In this document: one piece after another, positions 28,864 to 41,156 of the stretch | Numbering within the stretch: the stretch's first letter is position 1 | Layout of the letters: each line of letters starts with the position of its first letter | NCBI GenBank assembly: GCA_016932475.1 | Contig: JAFGCU010000026.1 | Coordinates: 92,111 to 156,110 of the forward strand | Direction of reading: 5' to 3' | Length of the DNA stretch: 64,000 nucleotides | Source of the DNA: Anaerolineales bacterium | Lineage (GTDB): Bacteria; Chloroflexota; Anaerolineae; Anaerolineales; RBG-16-64-43 | Program-made: the position numbers and the translations under genes | The notes under the pieces: model-generated | Told to the model about the DNA's origin: nothing | Seen by the model: only the letters and a program-made list of their open reading frames with translations | The model's database searches: none

Positions 28864-29555
28864 ATGGAAATAGAATTTTCGTGCGAGACCATCCGCCGGA
28901 TCGCCGCCACGCAGGTCCGGCATGTCCGGGATGAAATCGAGCGCAGCGAAAATCCCGCGTTTATGCGGCGCGGGCTGGAAAACCTGATCCGAAGGTTTGG
29001 AATCGAGCTCGCGCAAAAAATAGTATTGGATTTCGGCTGCAGCGGCGGCGCGTTTGAGCCTACGCTTCTATGGCTGGGCGTCCCCTGCATCACGGGGGTG
29101 AAAGTCGACGAAGGGCTGCTTGCGGTCGCCGAATCCCGGCTGCGGGGTTTTTCCCCGGACGATATCAACTTCAAAAAATCGAGTACATCGACGAGAAATA
29201 CCGCTTGCCGCTCGAGAGCGACCGGGTTGACATGGTTTGGGCGCATGCCGTCATGGAGCACGTGCATCCGCGGCGGCGGGCATGCGTTTTGCCTGAGCTT
29301 TGGCGCGTCCACCGGCCCGGCGGCCTGCTCGTCGTGAATGCCACATCCAACCGGTTGTGGTTCCGCGAAGGTCACACCTTTTCGTCTGTCGTAGACACCC
29401 GTCACGGCCTTTCTTCCTTTTCCGACGATCGTTTTTCGGAAACCGGCCGGCCAAAAAGCTACAACGCCGGTTGCCGGATGATCCGTACATTGCCCGCGTT
29501 CATCCTTTGTTGGGTTTTTCGCCAGCGGTTGACACGCCCCCTTGCTGGGCTATAA
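28864..29555 (+). pseudogene. class I SAM-dependent methyltransferase, frameshifted
   Basis: Motif I (VLDFGCSGG) and the first half lie in ORF 28864..29337. The second half (DMVWAHAVMEHV..ELWRVHRPGGLLVV) lies in ORF 29070..29555, in another frame. The switch coincides with the A6 run at 29173-29178. Confidence 0.6.
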
Positions 29556-29556
29556 T
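29529..29556 (+). promoter_or_regulatory. consensus sigma70-type promoter for tRNA-Leu (TTGACA-16nt-TATAAT)
   Basis: Both hexamers are perfect. The -10 box ends 17 nt before the tRNA 5' end. Confidence 0.7.
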
Positions 29557-29573
29557 TCCCGCGCTTCACTGCC

Positions 29574-29655
29574 GCGCTGGTGCTGGAACTGGCAGACAGG
29601 CATGGTTGAGGGCCATGTGCCGCAAGGCGTGAGGGTTCAATTCCCTCCCAGCGCA
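29574..29655 (+). tRNA. tRNA-Leu (anticodon GAG)
   Basis: Folded by hand. Acceptor GCGCTGG/CCAGCGC; D stem CTG/CAG with loop GAACTGGCAGA; anticodon stem CATGG/CCATG with loop TTGAGGG. It has a 13-nt variable arm, T arm GAGGG-TTCAATT-CCCTC and discriminator A. No CCA is encoded. Confidence 0.9.
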
Positions 29656-29662
29656 CTCCGAT

Positions 29663-29695
29663 CGCCGCCAATCCCGGGCGGCGGTTTCTTTTTTC
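29663..29695 (+). terminator. rho-independent terminator after tRNA-Leu
   Basis: Stem CGCCGCC / GGCGGCG with a 7-nt loop, followed by GTTTCTTTTTT. Confidence 0.75.
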
Positions 29696-29758
29696 TCGCC
29701 TCATTCCCCGAAAGGCAAAAAATAGGACGAAGAGGTTTACTGGATGATGCCCTGGTTA

Positions 29759-29900
29759 GGTCGTCATTCCCGCGCCCGCCCTCGCAGAGTGCGCAGGTTC
29801 GGTTTTGTACCGAGAACCTGCGCGACAACGGAGCGAGGGTGTTCCCAGCCGGAATCCAGGGTTTTCCGGAGGGGATGCCCGCCCCCGTTTCGCAACCATC
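29759..29900. repeat. partial copy of the TCGTCATTCCCGCGC-type intergenic repeat
   Basis: It shares the left terminus (gtcgtcattcccgcgc) and the ggaatccagggttt block with the copies at 43871 and 55173. It contains the hairpin GCGCAGGTTC...GAACCTGCGC. Confidence 0.5.
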
Positions 29901-30052
29901 CCCCGCTCAAGAGGCAAAACCGAGCGGGGATGCTCCGCGAGGGCAGGCGGGGGCAAGACAATCGTTGGATTTTACGGCGGTTCTTTTTGGACACCCTCGA
30001 ATTCTTTCTTACGTTATAATCCGCAAATCCGTTTCCCCTTGGAAAGCCATCC

Positions 30053-33091
<3,039 letters not shown>

Positions 33092-33098
33092 CCTTGGA

Positions 33099-33145
33099 CC
33101 CCAACACGTAGGGGCACAGCGTCGCTGTGCCCCTACGTGTTGGGG
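33099..33145. repeat. 47-nt near-perfect palindrome (23-bp arms), probable terminator or repeat-family hairpin
   Basis: CCCCAACACGTAGGGGCACAGCG (33099-33121) is the exact reverse complement of 33123-33145. It sits between the glyQS stop and the next gene, and no T-tract follows. Confidence 0.6.
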
Positions 33146-33159
33146 AAATTGGAGGTCTT

Positions 33160-34143
33160 ATGGATGCCATACGCTGGGGAATTCTCGGGACGGGCGGGAT
33201 CGCGCAAAAATTCGCGGAAGCGCTGGCCCTGCTTCCGGATGCTCGGATGACGGCGGTGGGCTCGCGCACAAAAGAATCGGCTGATGCCTTCGGGGCGAAA
33301 TGGAAGATACCCAACCGCCATGGAAGTTATGCGGCGCTGATGGCGGATCCGGAGGTGGATGCGGTGTACATCGCCACACCGCACACCCTCCACAGCGAAA
33401 ACGCGCTCGGATGCCTGGCCGCCGGGAAGGCAGTCCTGTGTGAAAAGCCGTTTACGATCAACGCCCGCCAGGCGGAGGAAGTGATCACCCTGGCGCGGAG
33501 GAAAAAAATATTCCTGATGGAAGCGATGTGGACGCGCTTCCTCCCGGTGTTCCAGAAAATCCGCAGCCTGCTGGCGGAAGGCGCAATCGGGGAAGTGCGC
33601 CAGATGCAGGCCGATTTCGCCTTTCAGGCGGCCTACGATCCGAAGGGCAGGCTGTTCGACCCCGCGCTCGGCGGCGGCGCGCTGCTGGATCTCGGCGTGT
33701 ATCCTGTTTCGTTCGCGTCGATGGTGTTCGGGGAGGCTCCGCGGCGGCTGGTGTCCGTCGCTTCGCTCGGAAAGACCGGTGTGGACGAACAATCGGCGGC
33801 GGTCATCGAGTATTCGGCCGGGCGCCTGGCGGTGGTCTCCTGCGCGCTGCGATTCGACTCGCCCCAGGTGGCGCACATCATCGGCACGGGCGGCCGGATC
33901 CGGGTTCACCCGGCCTGGTGGCATGCCGACACCATAACGGTTTCCCGCGCCGGGCGCGAGGATGAAATCATCACGCTCCCCAACCTTGGCAACGGGTATC
34001 CCCACGAAGCGGTGGAAGTGATGGAATGCCTGCGCGGTGGAAAGCTGGAAAGCCGCGTGATGCCGCTCGAGGAATCGCTGCGCATCATGCAAACCCTGGA
34101 TGCGATCCGCGCCGAATGGGGTTTGAAGTATCCCGGGGAATGA
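33160..34143 (+). CDS. Gfo/Idh/MocA family oxidoreductase (dihydrodiol dehydrogenase-like)
   Basis: A GGAGG RBS precedes ATG 33160. Motifs: IRWGILGTGGIAQKF, VLCEKPF. Confidence 0.8.
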   Translation: MDAIRWGILGTGGIAQKFAEALALLPDARMTAVGSRTKESADAFGAKWKIPNRHGSYAALMADPEVDAVYIATPHTLHSENALGCLAAGKAVLCEKPFTINARQAEEVITLARRKKIFLMEAMWTRFLPVFQKIRSLLAEGAIGEVRQMQADFAFQAAYDPKGRLFDPALGGGALLDLGVYPVSFASMVFGEAPRRLVSVASLGKTGVDEQSAAVIEYSAGRLAVVSCALRFDSPQVAHIIGTGGRIRVHPAWWHADTITVSRAGREDEIITLPNLGNGYPHEAVEVMECLRGGKLESRVMPLEESLRIMQTLDAIRAEWGLKYPGE

Positions 34144-34417
34144 TCCGGCATTATTCCGGAGGTGAGGCGGCGTTGGCCGGGGGCCGTTCCTTGACCGGCC
34201 TACCCAGGCCGGCGATACCGGCGGTTCCTATCCCTGACTTTCGTCAATCGCCCCCCCCCTTCCCGCTTCGGCGCGCGGCTGTCCGCAGCCGGCCCGGTCC
34301 GCGCGTCCCGCGGAGGCTTCGCGGCGGGCATTAAAAAATAATTCATAATAAATTTGTGCGGCGGCGGGGACTTCTCTTCTGTATGCTATACTTTGAGAGG
34401 AAGCCTTCGAGGGACGA

Positions 34418-36754
34418 ATGCCCGGTCATCGAGAAGTATATGAACAGGCGCTGCGGCAGGGTAACAGCGCGGCCTGGGACCAGAAATGGGATCAGGCCAT
34501 CCTTGCTTATCAACGGGCCCTTACGGAATTCCCCGGCGACCCGGTGGCGATGGATCATCTGGGGCTGGCCTTCATGCAGAGCGGACAGCTCGAACAGGCC
34601 CAGTCGGTGTACCAGGAAGCGATCCGCGCCGATCCCCAAAATCCGATCCCGCACGAAAAAATCGCGGAGATACTCGAGCGCAGCGGCCGGGTCGTCGAAT
34701 CCGTCCAGCTCAGGCTGAGCGCAGCGGAGCTGTTCCTGGCCACTCATGAAGCGGATAAGGCGATCGACAACTGGCTGGCGGCCGCGCGGTTGGTTCCGGA
34801 AAACATGGTCGCCCGATCCCGTCTGGCGCTGGCGTTCGAACGGACGGGGCAGGTTAAGCAGGCGGTCGCCGAATACCTGGCCCTTGCCGCGATCATGCAG
34901 CGCGCGCGCCAGCCCGAAAAGGCGATGCAGGCAGTCGAGCAAGGGATGAAAATCCTCCCCGATTCACCGGAGCTTGCCCGGGCACGCGCGGCGCTGAAAT
35001 CCGGAAAGATGCTCGCCATCCCGCCGCCCTACAAGCCGGGCATGACCGGGATGCTTACCCCTCCGCCCGGGATGGCGCCTGAACCGGTGGCGCCCACCCC
35101 CCGTCAGTCCGCGAATCTTGAGCCGAAATCCGCCAGCCCTCAGGATGCGGCGCAGAAGAAGGCCATGGCGGTTCTCGCGGAAAAGCTGTTCGAGGCGGAT
35201 AAAGACACATTCGATCACCGGCGCGTGTCGATCGACCAGTTTACGCGCGGAGAGGAAAAAACCGATTCGTCGCGCGCCGACCAGAACCGGTACCTTGCCC
35301 TGGCCATCGACGCCTATTCCCGGCAGCAGAATCAGGAAGCCATGCAATACCTGGATCGGGCCTTCCGGGTCGGGTTCGAACATCCGGCGGCTTCGTTCCT
35401 GTTCGGCACGCTGCAACTGACCGCAGGGGAGCCGGAGCCGGCGATCCTTTCGCTGCAAAAAGCGGTGGAGCATCCGGACCTTTCCATGGGTTCGCATTAC
35501 ATTCTCGGCCGGGTATACCGCGATACCGGCAAGGCGTATCAATCGGCCATTCATTTCCTTTCGGCGCTGCGCCAGGCCGATATGAACACCGTCCCCGAGG
35601 ACCAGCGGGATGCTCTCCAGCGCACCTACGAGGCGTTCCTGGAGGTGCCCGAATCCGAACAGGAACCGGACCAGTGGAACCAGACCGGGGAACGGATCGA
35701 AAGCCTGCTCACCTCTCCGGACTGGGAAAGCCGCCTGCGGCTGGCGCGCGCGCAATTGGACGCGCAATCGGATTCTCCCGGGACTTCGCCGCTGGCGGAG
35801 ATGCTTTCTCTTGGAAAGCCGCAGGCGCTGATCGAAGCGATGGGCTACCTGGATACGGCGGTGCGGCGCGGGATGTGGCGGACGGCGATGGAACAGGCGA
35901 TGCTCGCGCTTGACCACGGGCCGACCTATCTGCCGCTGCACCTGCGCATCACGGAAATCCAGCTCAAGGAAGACAAACAGACGGAGGCGCTCGCCAAGCT
36001 GACGCTGATCGCGCGGACCTACCGGATCCGCGGCGAGACGCTGCAATCCGCCAAGACATACGAACGCATCCTGCAGATTAACCCGATGGATGTGAATTCA
36101 CGGACCGAGCTGATCGCGCTGCTGGTTCAGCAGGGCGATATCCGCAGCGCGCTGAGTTTCTACCTCGACCTGGCGGACGTATACACCCAGATGGCGGATC
36201 TGGAAGGGGCGCGGCAGACGTACGAATCCGCGCTGATGCTCTCCGTCCGCAACAACGCCGACAAATCCTGGCAGATCCAGCTCCTGTACCGGCTGGGCGA
36301 CCTCTACATGCAGCGGCTCGATTACCGCGCGGCGCTGCAAACCTTTCAGCGCCTGCAGCAGCTCGATCCGACCGACGAGAAGGCCGGCACCCAGCTGGTG
36401 GACCTGATGATGCGGCTCGGAAAAACATCCGACGCGCAAAACCTCATCGACAGCGTGACGCGCGAGTGGACGCGCCTCGGGCACCAGGATCAGGTGCTGG
36501 GGTGGCTGGAGGAACTCGTGCGGGTCCGGCCCGAGGAGGCGCTCCTGCGCCGGAAACTGGCGGAGACCTACCAGCAGCGGGGGCGGATCGCCGAGTCGAT
36601 CGGCCAGCTGGATGCGCTGGGGGATGCCCAGATCGAAGCCGGGAACATCCCCGAGGCGATCCTGACCGTGCGTTCCATCCTCGCCCTGCGTCCGCCGAAC
36701 GCCGAGGGATATCAGGAGCTTCTTCTGAAATTGGAATCCGGATCGGTAACCTGA
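34418..36754 (+). CDS. large TPR-repeat protein (778 aa)
   Basis: Many TPR-like units are present (AILAYQRALTEFPGDPVAMDHLGLAF, AQSVYQEAIRADPQNP and others). It ends 9 nt before cdaA. Confidence 0.75.
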   Translation: MPGHREVYEQALRQGNSAAWDQKWDQAILAYQRALTEFPGDPVAMDHLGLAFMQSGQLEQAQSVYQEAIRADPQNPIPHEKIAEILERSGRVVESVQLRLSAAELFLATHEADKAIDNWLAAARLVPENMVARSRLALAFERTGQVKQAVAEYLALAAIMQRARQPEKAMQAVEQGMKILPDSPELARARAALKSGKMLAIPPPYKPGMTGMLTPPPGMAPEPVAPTPRQSANLEPKSASPQDAAQKKAMAVLAEKLFEADKDTFDHRRVSIDQFTRGEEKTDSSRADQNRYLALAIDAYSRQQNQEAMQYLDRAFRVGFEHPAASFLFGTLQLTAGEPEPAILSLQKAVEHPDLSMGSHYILGRVYRDTGKAYQSAIHFLSALRQADMNTVPEDQRDALQRTYEAFLEVPESEQEPDQWNQTGERIESLLTSPDWESRLRLARAQLDAQSDSPGTSPLAEMLSLGKPQALIEAMGYLDTAVRRGMWRTAMEQAMLALDHGPTYLPLHLRITEIQLKEDKQTEALAKLTLIARTYRIRGETLQSAKTYERILQINPMDVNSRTELIALLVQQGDIRSALSFYLDLADVYTQMADLEGARQTYESALMLSVRNNADKSWQIQLLYRLGDLYMQRLDYRAALQTFQRLQQLDPTDEKAGTQLVDLMMRLGKTSDAQNLIDSVTREWTRLGHQDQVLGWLEELVRVRPEEALLRRKLAETYQQRGRIAESIGQLDALGDAQIEAGNIPEAILTVRSILALRPPNAEGYQELLLKLESGSVT

Positions 36755-36763
36755 CCGCACCCG

Positions 36764-37663
36764 ATGACTCAGTTCGTCGAGAACATCCTTTTTCTCTTCC
36801 AGCGCCTGCGATGGTTCGACCTGCTCGACATCGCCCTGGTCGCGTTGCTTTTTTTCGTCATCCTGACCCAGTTCCGGGGCACACAGGCCGGCACGGTCCT
36901 GCGCGGGATCGCGATCATGATTGTCGCCGTTGCGCTCCTGACCAGCGTCACCCAGCTCCCGGCGATTTCCTGGATCCTGGAGACCATCCTGCCGGCGCTC
37001 CTGATCGCCATTCCGGTCGTGTTCGCGCCGGAGATCCGCCGTACGCTCGAACGGGTGGGGCGGGCGGATTTTTTCCGGCGCGTCTCGCCGGCGACGGAAG
37101 TTCCCCAGTACATTCAGGCGGTGGTCGCCGCGGCCAAGCGGCTTTCCGAACGGCGGCACGGCGCGCTGCTGGTGATCGAACGCGACGTCGGCCTTGATGA
37201 TTTCTCCTCGACCGGATTGCGGCTGGATGCGGAAGTCTCCACCGAGCTGCTGCTGCAGATTTTCTATCCGAATACGCCGATGCATGACGGCGCGGTGATC
37301 CTGCGCCGGGAACGGCTGCTGGCCGCCGGATGCGTCGTGCCGCTCTCTTCGGGCAACGCCCTGGCCGCGTCGGAGCGGCGGATGGGGCTGCGCCACCGCG
37401 CCGCGCTCGGGATTTCGGAGGTGAGCGACGCCGTGGCGGTGATTGTCTCGGAGGAAACCGGGATCCTCTCCGTGGCCCATAACGGACGCATGATCCGGCG
37501 CCTCGATCCGCAGCGGCTGCAAAACATCCTCCTGGCTTTCACCCGCAATGCGCCGCGGTCTCCGGCTTTCCGCTGGCCGTTCTTCGCGCGCCGGGGAGCG
37601 GCCTCCGCCACGCGGCCCGCGGACGGGGAAGGCGCCGAGGGCGAGGAAAGGCGTTCCGAATGA
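36764..37663 (+). CDS. cdaA: diadenylate cyclase CdaA (DAC domain, three N-terminal TM helices)
   Basis: DAC motifs are present: PMHDGAVIL (DGA) and GLRHRAALGISE (RHR). The N-terminus is membrane-embedded. Confidence 0.9.
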   Translation: MTQFVENILFLFQRLRWFDLLDIALVALLFFVILTQFRGTQAGTVLRGIAIMIVAVALLTSVTQLPAISWILETILPALLIAIPVVFAPEIRRTLERVGRADFFRRVSPATEVPQYIQAVVAAAKRLSERRHGALLVIERDVGLDDFSSTGLRLDAEVSTELLLQIFYPNTPMHDGAVILRRERLLAAGCVVPLSSGNALAASERRMGLRHRAALGISEVSDAVAVIVSEETGILSVAHNGRMIRRLDPQRLQNILLAFTRNAPRSPAFRWPFFARRGAASATRPADGEGAEGEERRSE

Positions 37664-38895
37664 AACAGAAGCTGAAAACACTGGGGGGCAATATTTTCTC
37701 CTTGCTCCTGGCCGGCATCCTCGCCGTGGCGGTATGGATGAACGCCGTGGCCACCGCGGATCCGGATGAAACCCGGATCCTCTCGGTCCCGCTTTCGATC
37801 GAGGTGGTCGGGCTCAAGGAGGGTTTGGTCGCCCAGGGTTATGAATCCGTCGCTGTGCAAGTGACTTTCCGGGCGCCGCGTTCTGTTTGGGATCGGCTCG
37901 TGCCGGGAAACGTGCACGCCCGGCTGGATCTGACGGGGAAGGCCGAAGGCGAGTATTCCGTTCCGGTCCGCATCCAGACCGACATCTCTCCGGTGCTGGT
38001 GGAAACCGTGGAACCGGCTGCCGTGGATATCCTCGTGGACCGGCTGGCTTCGCGGTCGATGGCCGTCCGCGTCCAGCTGGCGGGCAATCTCGCCCCGGGT
38101 TTCCAGGCCGGCACCCCGACGGTTTCGCCCAATAACGTCGTAATATCCGGACCGGAGTCGGTCGTGGACCGGATCGCACAAATCGTCGCGACGGTTGACG
38201 TGGAAGGATTGCGAAGCGCGATGGATCAGAGCATCGAGCTGATCCCTCTGGATACGGAAGGGACCGTCGTCACGGGAGTCGCCATTGATCCGGCGTCGGT
38301 TTCCGTATCCGTTCCGATCCAGCAACTCGGCGGATACCGCGACCTGGTGGTGAAGGTTCCTCTGCTCGGCGCGGTGAAGAGCGGATACCGGCTGACCGGC
38401 CTAACCATCAACCCGCAGGTGGTGACCTTGTATTCCGACGACCCGGATGCGATCCGGGCGCTGCCCGGGTATGTGGAAACCCAGCCGCTGGATATTTCCG
38501 GGGCGTCGGCCGACATCACCAAATCGCTTTCCCTGGTCCTCCCCGGCGGGGTTCAGGTGGTGGGAGATCCGCTGATCGTCGTGCAGGTGAGCATCTCCGC
38601 GATCGAGGACAGCATCACCATTTCCAGGCCGATCCGCTTCCAAGGGCTGGAGCCGGGTCTTTCGGTCAAGCTTTCGCCGGCCTTTGTGGATGTCATCCTG
38701 TCGGGCCCGGCCCCGGTCATCTGGTCGCTCAAGCCGGCCGATATCGATGTGTATCTGGATCTGACCGGAAAAGGCGCGGGCACCTACAAACTGACGCCGG
38801 AAGTCAACATGCCGGCCGGGTTGAAGCTGGTCATCCTTTCCCCGGAGCAGGTGGAAGTGGCGATCGAAGAAGCGTCCGTGACACCCGCGTTCTGA
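37660..38895 (+). CDS. cdaR: CdaR / YbbR-domain protein (CdaA regulator)
   Basis: ATGA overlap with cdaA. It has a signal anchor followed by four repeated YbbR-like beta-rich modules. Confidence 0.8.
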   Translation: MKQKLKTLGGNIFSLLLAGILAVAVWMNAVATADPDETRILSVPLSIEVVGLKEGLVAQGYESVAVQVTFRAPRSVWDRLVPGNVHARLDLTGKAEGEYSVPVRIQTDISPVLVETVEPAAVDILVDRLASRSMAVRVQLAGNLAPGFQAGTPTVSPNNVVISGPESVVDRIAQIVATVDVEGLRSAMDQSIELIPLDTEGTVVTGVAIDPASVSVSVPIQQLGGYRDLVVKVPLLGAVKSGYRLTGLTINPQVVTLYSDDPDAIRALPGYVETQPLDISGASADITKSLSLVLPGGVQVVGDPLIVVQVSISAIEDSITISRPIRFQGLEPGLSVKLSPAFVDVILSGPAPVIWSLKPADIDVYLDLTGKGAGTYKLTPEVNMPAGLKLVILSPEQVEVAIEEASVTPAF

Positions 38896-38917
38896 CCGTT
38901 CCCTGCGAAACCAACCA

Positions 38918-40285
38918 ATGCGAAAACCGATTGTCGCCCTGGTCGGCCGACCGAACGTCGGCAAATCCACCCTCTTCAACCGCCTGGTCGGCGAGCGCCT
39001 GGCCGTCGTCGATGACACGCCCGGCACGACCCGCGACCGTCTGATGGCGGAGGGCGAGTGGCAGGGGCGGACGTTTGATGTGGTCGATACGGGCGGGATC
39101 GACCCGGACTTTTTCCGCCGCGGCCAGCCGCTTTCCACCGGGTCCGCGGATTACATCCAGCAGATCCGACTGCAGGCCGAGATGGCGATTCGCCACGCCG
39201 ACCTTGTGCTGTTCCTGGTCGAGGGCGAGACCGGCGTGACGCCGGCCGACGCGGAGGTCGCGGATATCCTGCGCAAACAGCGCGGCACGGGCAAGGGGGA
39301 GGCGCGCACGCCGATCCTGCTGGTGGTCAACAAGTGTGAAAACCGCGCGCGCCGGGAACAGGCCGCCGAATTCTATGAGCTGGGAATGAGCGACCCGTAT
39401 CCGGTATCCGCCCTGCACGGGATCGGCGTGGGGGATCTGCTGGACGCGATGACGGCGGCGCTGCCCCCGATGCAGGAGGCGGAGGAAGGGGACGAGCGGA
39501 TCCGCATCGCGATCGTCGGCAAGCCGAATGTGGGCAAGAGCAGCCTGCTCAACCGCCTGCTGGGGGAGGAGCGGGTGATCGTCAGCCCGATCCCGGGCAC
39601 GACCCGCGACGCCGTGGACACCGAAGCGGTGTACCGGGAAACGCCGATCACGCTGATCGACACGGCCGGCATCCGCCGCCGGGGGAAGATCGAACCGGGA
39701 GTGGAACAATACAGCGTGCTGCGTTCGCTGCGCGCGATCGAACGCGCGGACATCGTTCTGCTGGTCCTCGATGCGACCGAGGGAATTGCGATGCAGGATG
39801 CGCACATCGCCGGTTTCATCCTGGAGGCCCGGCGCAGCACGGTGGTGATCGTCAACAAATGGGACGCCGTGGAGAAGGATACCTATTCCATGGATTCCTT
39901 CCAGCAGGTGATCCGCAAGGAACTCGACTTCATGGATTACGTTCCGGTGCTGTTCGTCTCGGCCCGCACCGGGCAGCGGACGGGTGAAATCCTGCCGATG
40001 GCCCTGCGGGTCCAGGAGGAGCGCCTGGTGCGGATCCCGACCTCCGAATTCAACCGGATCATCCGCGAAGCGGTGGAGAAGCACGCGCCGCCTTCCCACT
40101 CCGGCCGGAAACTGAAGCTGAATTACGCATCCCAGGTAAAAGCCGATCCGCCGACATTCCTGTTCCACGTAAACGATCCGACCCTGGTGCATTTTTCCTA
40201 CCGCCGGTACCTGGAAAACCAGATCCGCAAGCATTATCCTTTTTTGGGAACCCCGCTGGTTTTTTCCTTCCGGAAAAAAACCTGA
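38918..40285 (+). CDS. der: ribosome biogenesis GTPase Der (EngA)
   Basis: Two G domains (GRPNVGKSTLFN, GKPNVGKSSLLN; DTAG/DTGG; NKWD/NKCE) plus a KH-like tail. Confidence 0.95.
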   Translation: MRKPIVALVGRPNVGKSTLFNRLVGERLAVVDDTPGTTRDRLMAEGEWQGRTFDVVDTGGIDPDFFRRGQPLSTGSADYIQQIRLQAEMAIRHADLVLFLVEGETGVTPADAEVADILRKQRGTGKGEARTPILLVVNKCENRARREQAAEFYELGMSDPYPVSALHGIGVGDLLDAMTAALPPMQEAEEGDERIRIAIVGKPNVGKSSLLNRLLGEERVIVSPIPGTTRDAVDTEAVYRETPITLIDTAGIRRRGKIEPGVEQYSVLRSLRAIERADIVLLVLDATEGIAMQDAHIAGFILEARRSTVVIVNKWDAVEKDTYSMDSFQQVIRKELDFMDYVPVLFVSARTGQRTGEILPMALRVQEERLVRIPTSEFNRIIREAVEKHAPPSHSGRKLKLNYASQVKADPPTFLFHVNDPTLVHFSYRRYLENQIRKHYPFLGTPLVFSFRKKT

Positions 40286-40401
40286 ATGGCCTCAAGAAAC
40301 ACATAGAACGCAAGAAGACCCGGGGAAAAACTTAAGGGGCAATCGGAATTTTCCGTTTCCCCGCGTCCTTTGTGCGCTTTCCGGAAAAAATTACAAATTC
40401 C

Positions 40402-40431
40402 TTTACATTCCGCGGCGCGAAGCCGTATAAT
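40402..40431 (+). promoter_or_regulatory. candidate promoter for lepB (TTTACA-18nt-TATAAT)
   Basis: The hexamers were read directly. The -10 box ends 32 nt upstream of ATG 40464, which has a GAGGTG RBS. Confidence 0.55.
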
Positions 40432-40463
40432 CTTCCAGCCGGATCCTCGGCGCTCGAGGTGAT

Positions 40464-41156
40464 ATGAATGAAAACCCGCTCTCCGGGGAGGCGATTCCAA
40501 CCCAGACGGACGGTTCCAGACTCCGCGCGATCGTAACCGAAGTGCTGCAAACGATCGTGCTGGCCGGCGTGTTCTACTTTGTGATCAGCCTGCTGACCGC
40601 GCGCGTCGTCGTCGAGGGGCCGAGCATGCGGCCGACGCTCCTGAGCGGGGAGTGGATCGTCGTCAACCGGCTGACATACAGGATCGGATCCCCCCAGCGC
40701 GGCGACGTTATTGTCTTCCTGCCGCCGACCAACGCGCAAACCGACGACCTGATCAAGCGGGTGATCGGCCTGCCGGGGGAGACGGTCGGGATCCGCGACG
40801 GTTTGGTTTGGATCAACGGCGCACCCCTGGAGGAAGCCTACGTTTCCGGGACCACCTACCCGGATAACGAGTGGCAGTTGGGGGAAAATGCCCTTTTTGT
40901 CATGGGCGATAACCGCCCGATATCGCTGGATTCGCGCTCCTTCGGGCCGATTAACCTGTCGGAAGTGGTTGGAAAAGCCTGGTTGATCTATTGGCCGCCC
41001 GGGGAATGGGGCCCGCTCGAATGGCGGGTCGGGGCGGAGGTCCGGGATACTTCCCCGGCGGAGAGCTCTTTCCGGTACAATGAACCGCGCAGGTATGCCG
41101 CATGCGGGTGGTTGTTCCTGCCCCGCGGCGCGTGCGAGGACTGGATTATTTCATGA
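40464..41156 (+). CDS. lepB: signal peptidase I
   Basis: Catalytic boxes are present: GPSMRPTL (Ser), KRVIGLPGE (Lys), GDNRPISLDSR. Confidence 0.9.
   Translation: MNENPLSGEAIPTQTDGSRLRAIVTEVLQTIVLAGVFYFVISLLTARVVVEGPSMRPTLLSGEWIVVNRLTYRIGSPQRGDVIVFLPPTNAQTDDLIKRVIGLPGETVGIRDGLVWINGAPLEEAYVSGTTYPDNEWQLGENALFVMGDNRPISLDSRSFGPINLSEVVGKAWLIYWPPGEWGPLEWRVGAEVRDTSPAESSFRYNEPRRYAACGWLFLPRGACEDWIIS

Noticed and set aside
29656-30052. Expected a T-box or other leader upstream of the glycyl-tRNA synthetase gene
   Set aside because: I could find no T-box consensus (AGGGTGGTACCGCG-like) or specifier/antiterminator arrangement by eye. The region is mostly a repeat-family copy. It needs a covariance-model scan to be sure.
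40286-40400. Possible terminator hairpin after der (GGGGAAA...TTTCCCC)
   Set aside because: The stem is short, the loop is very large (~27 nt), and no T-tract follows. This is not enough to call a terminator.
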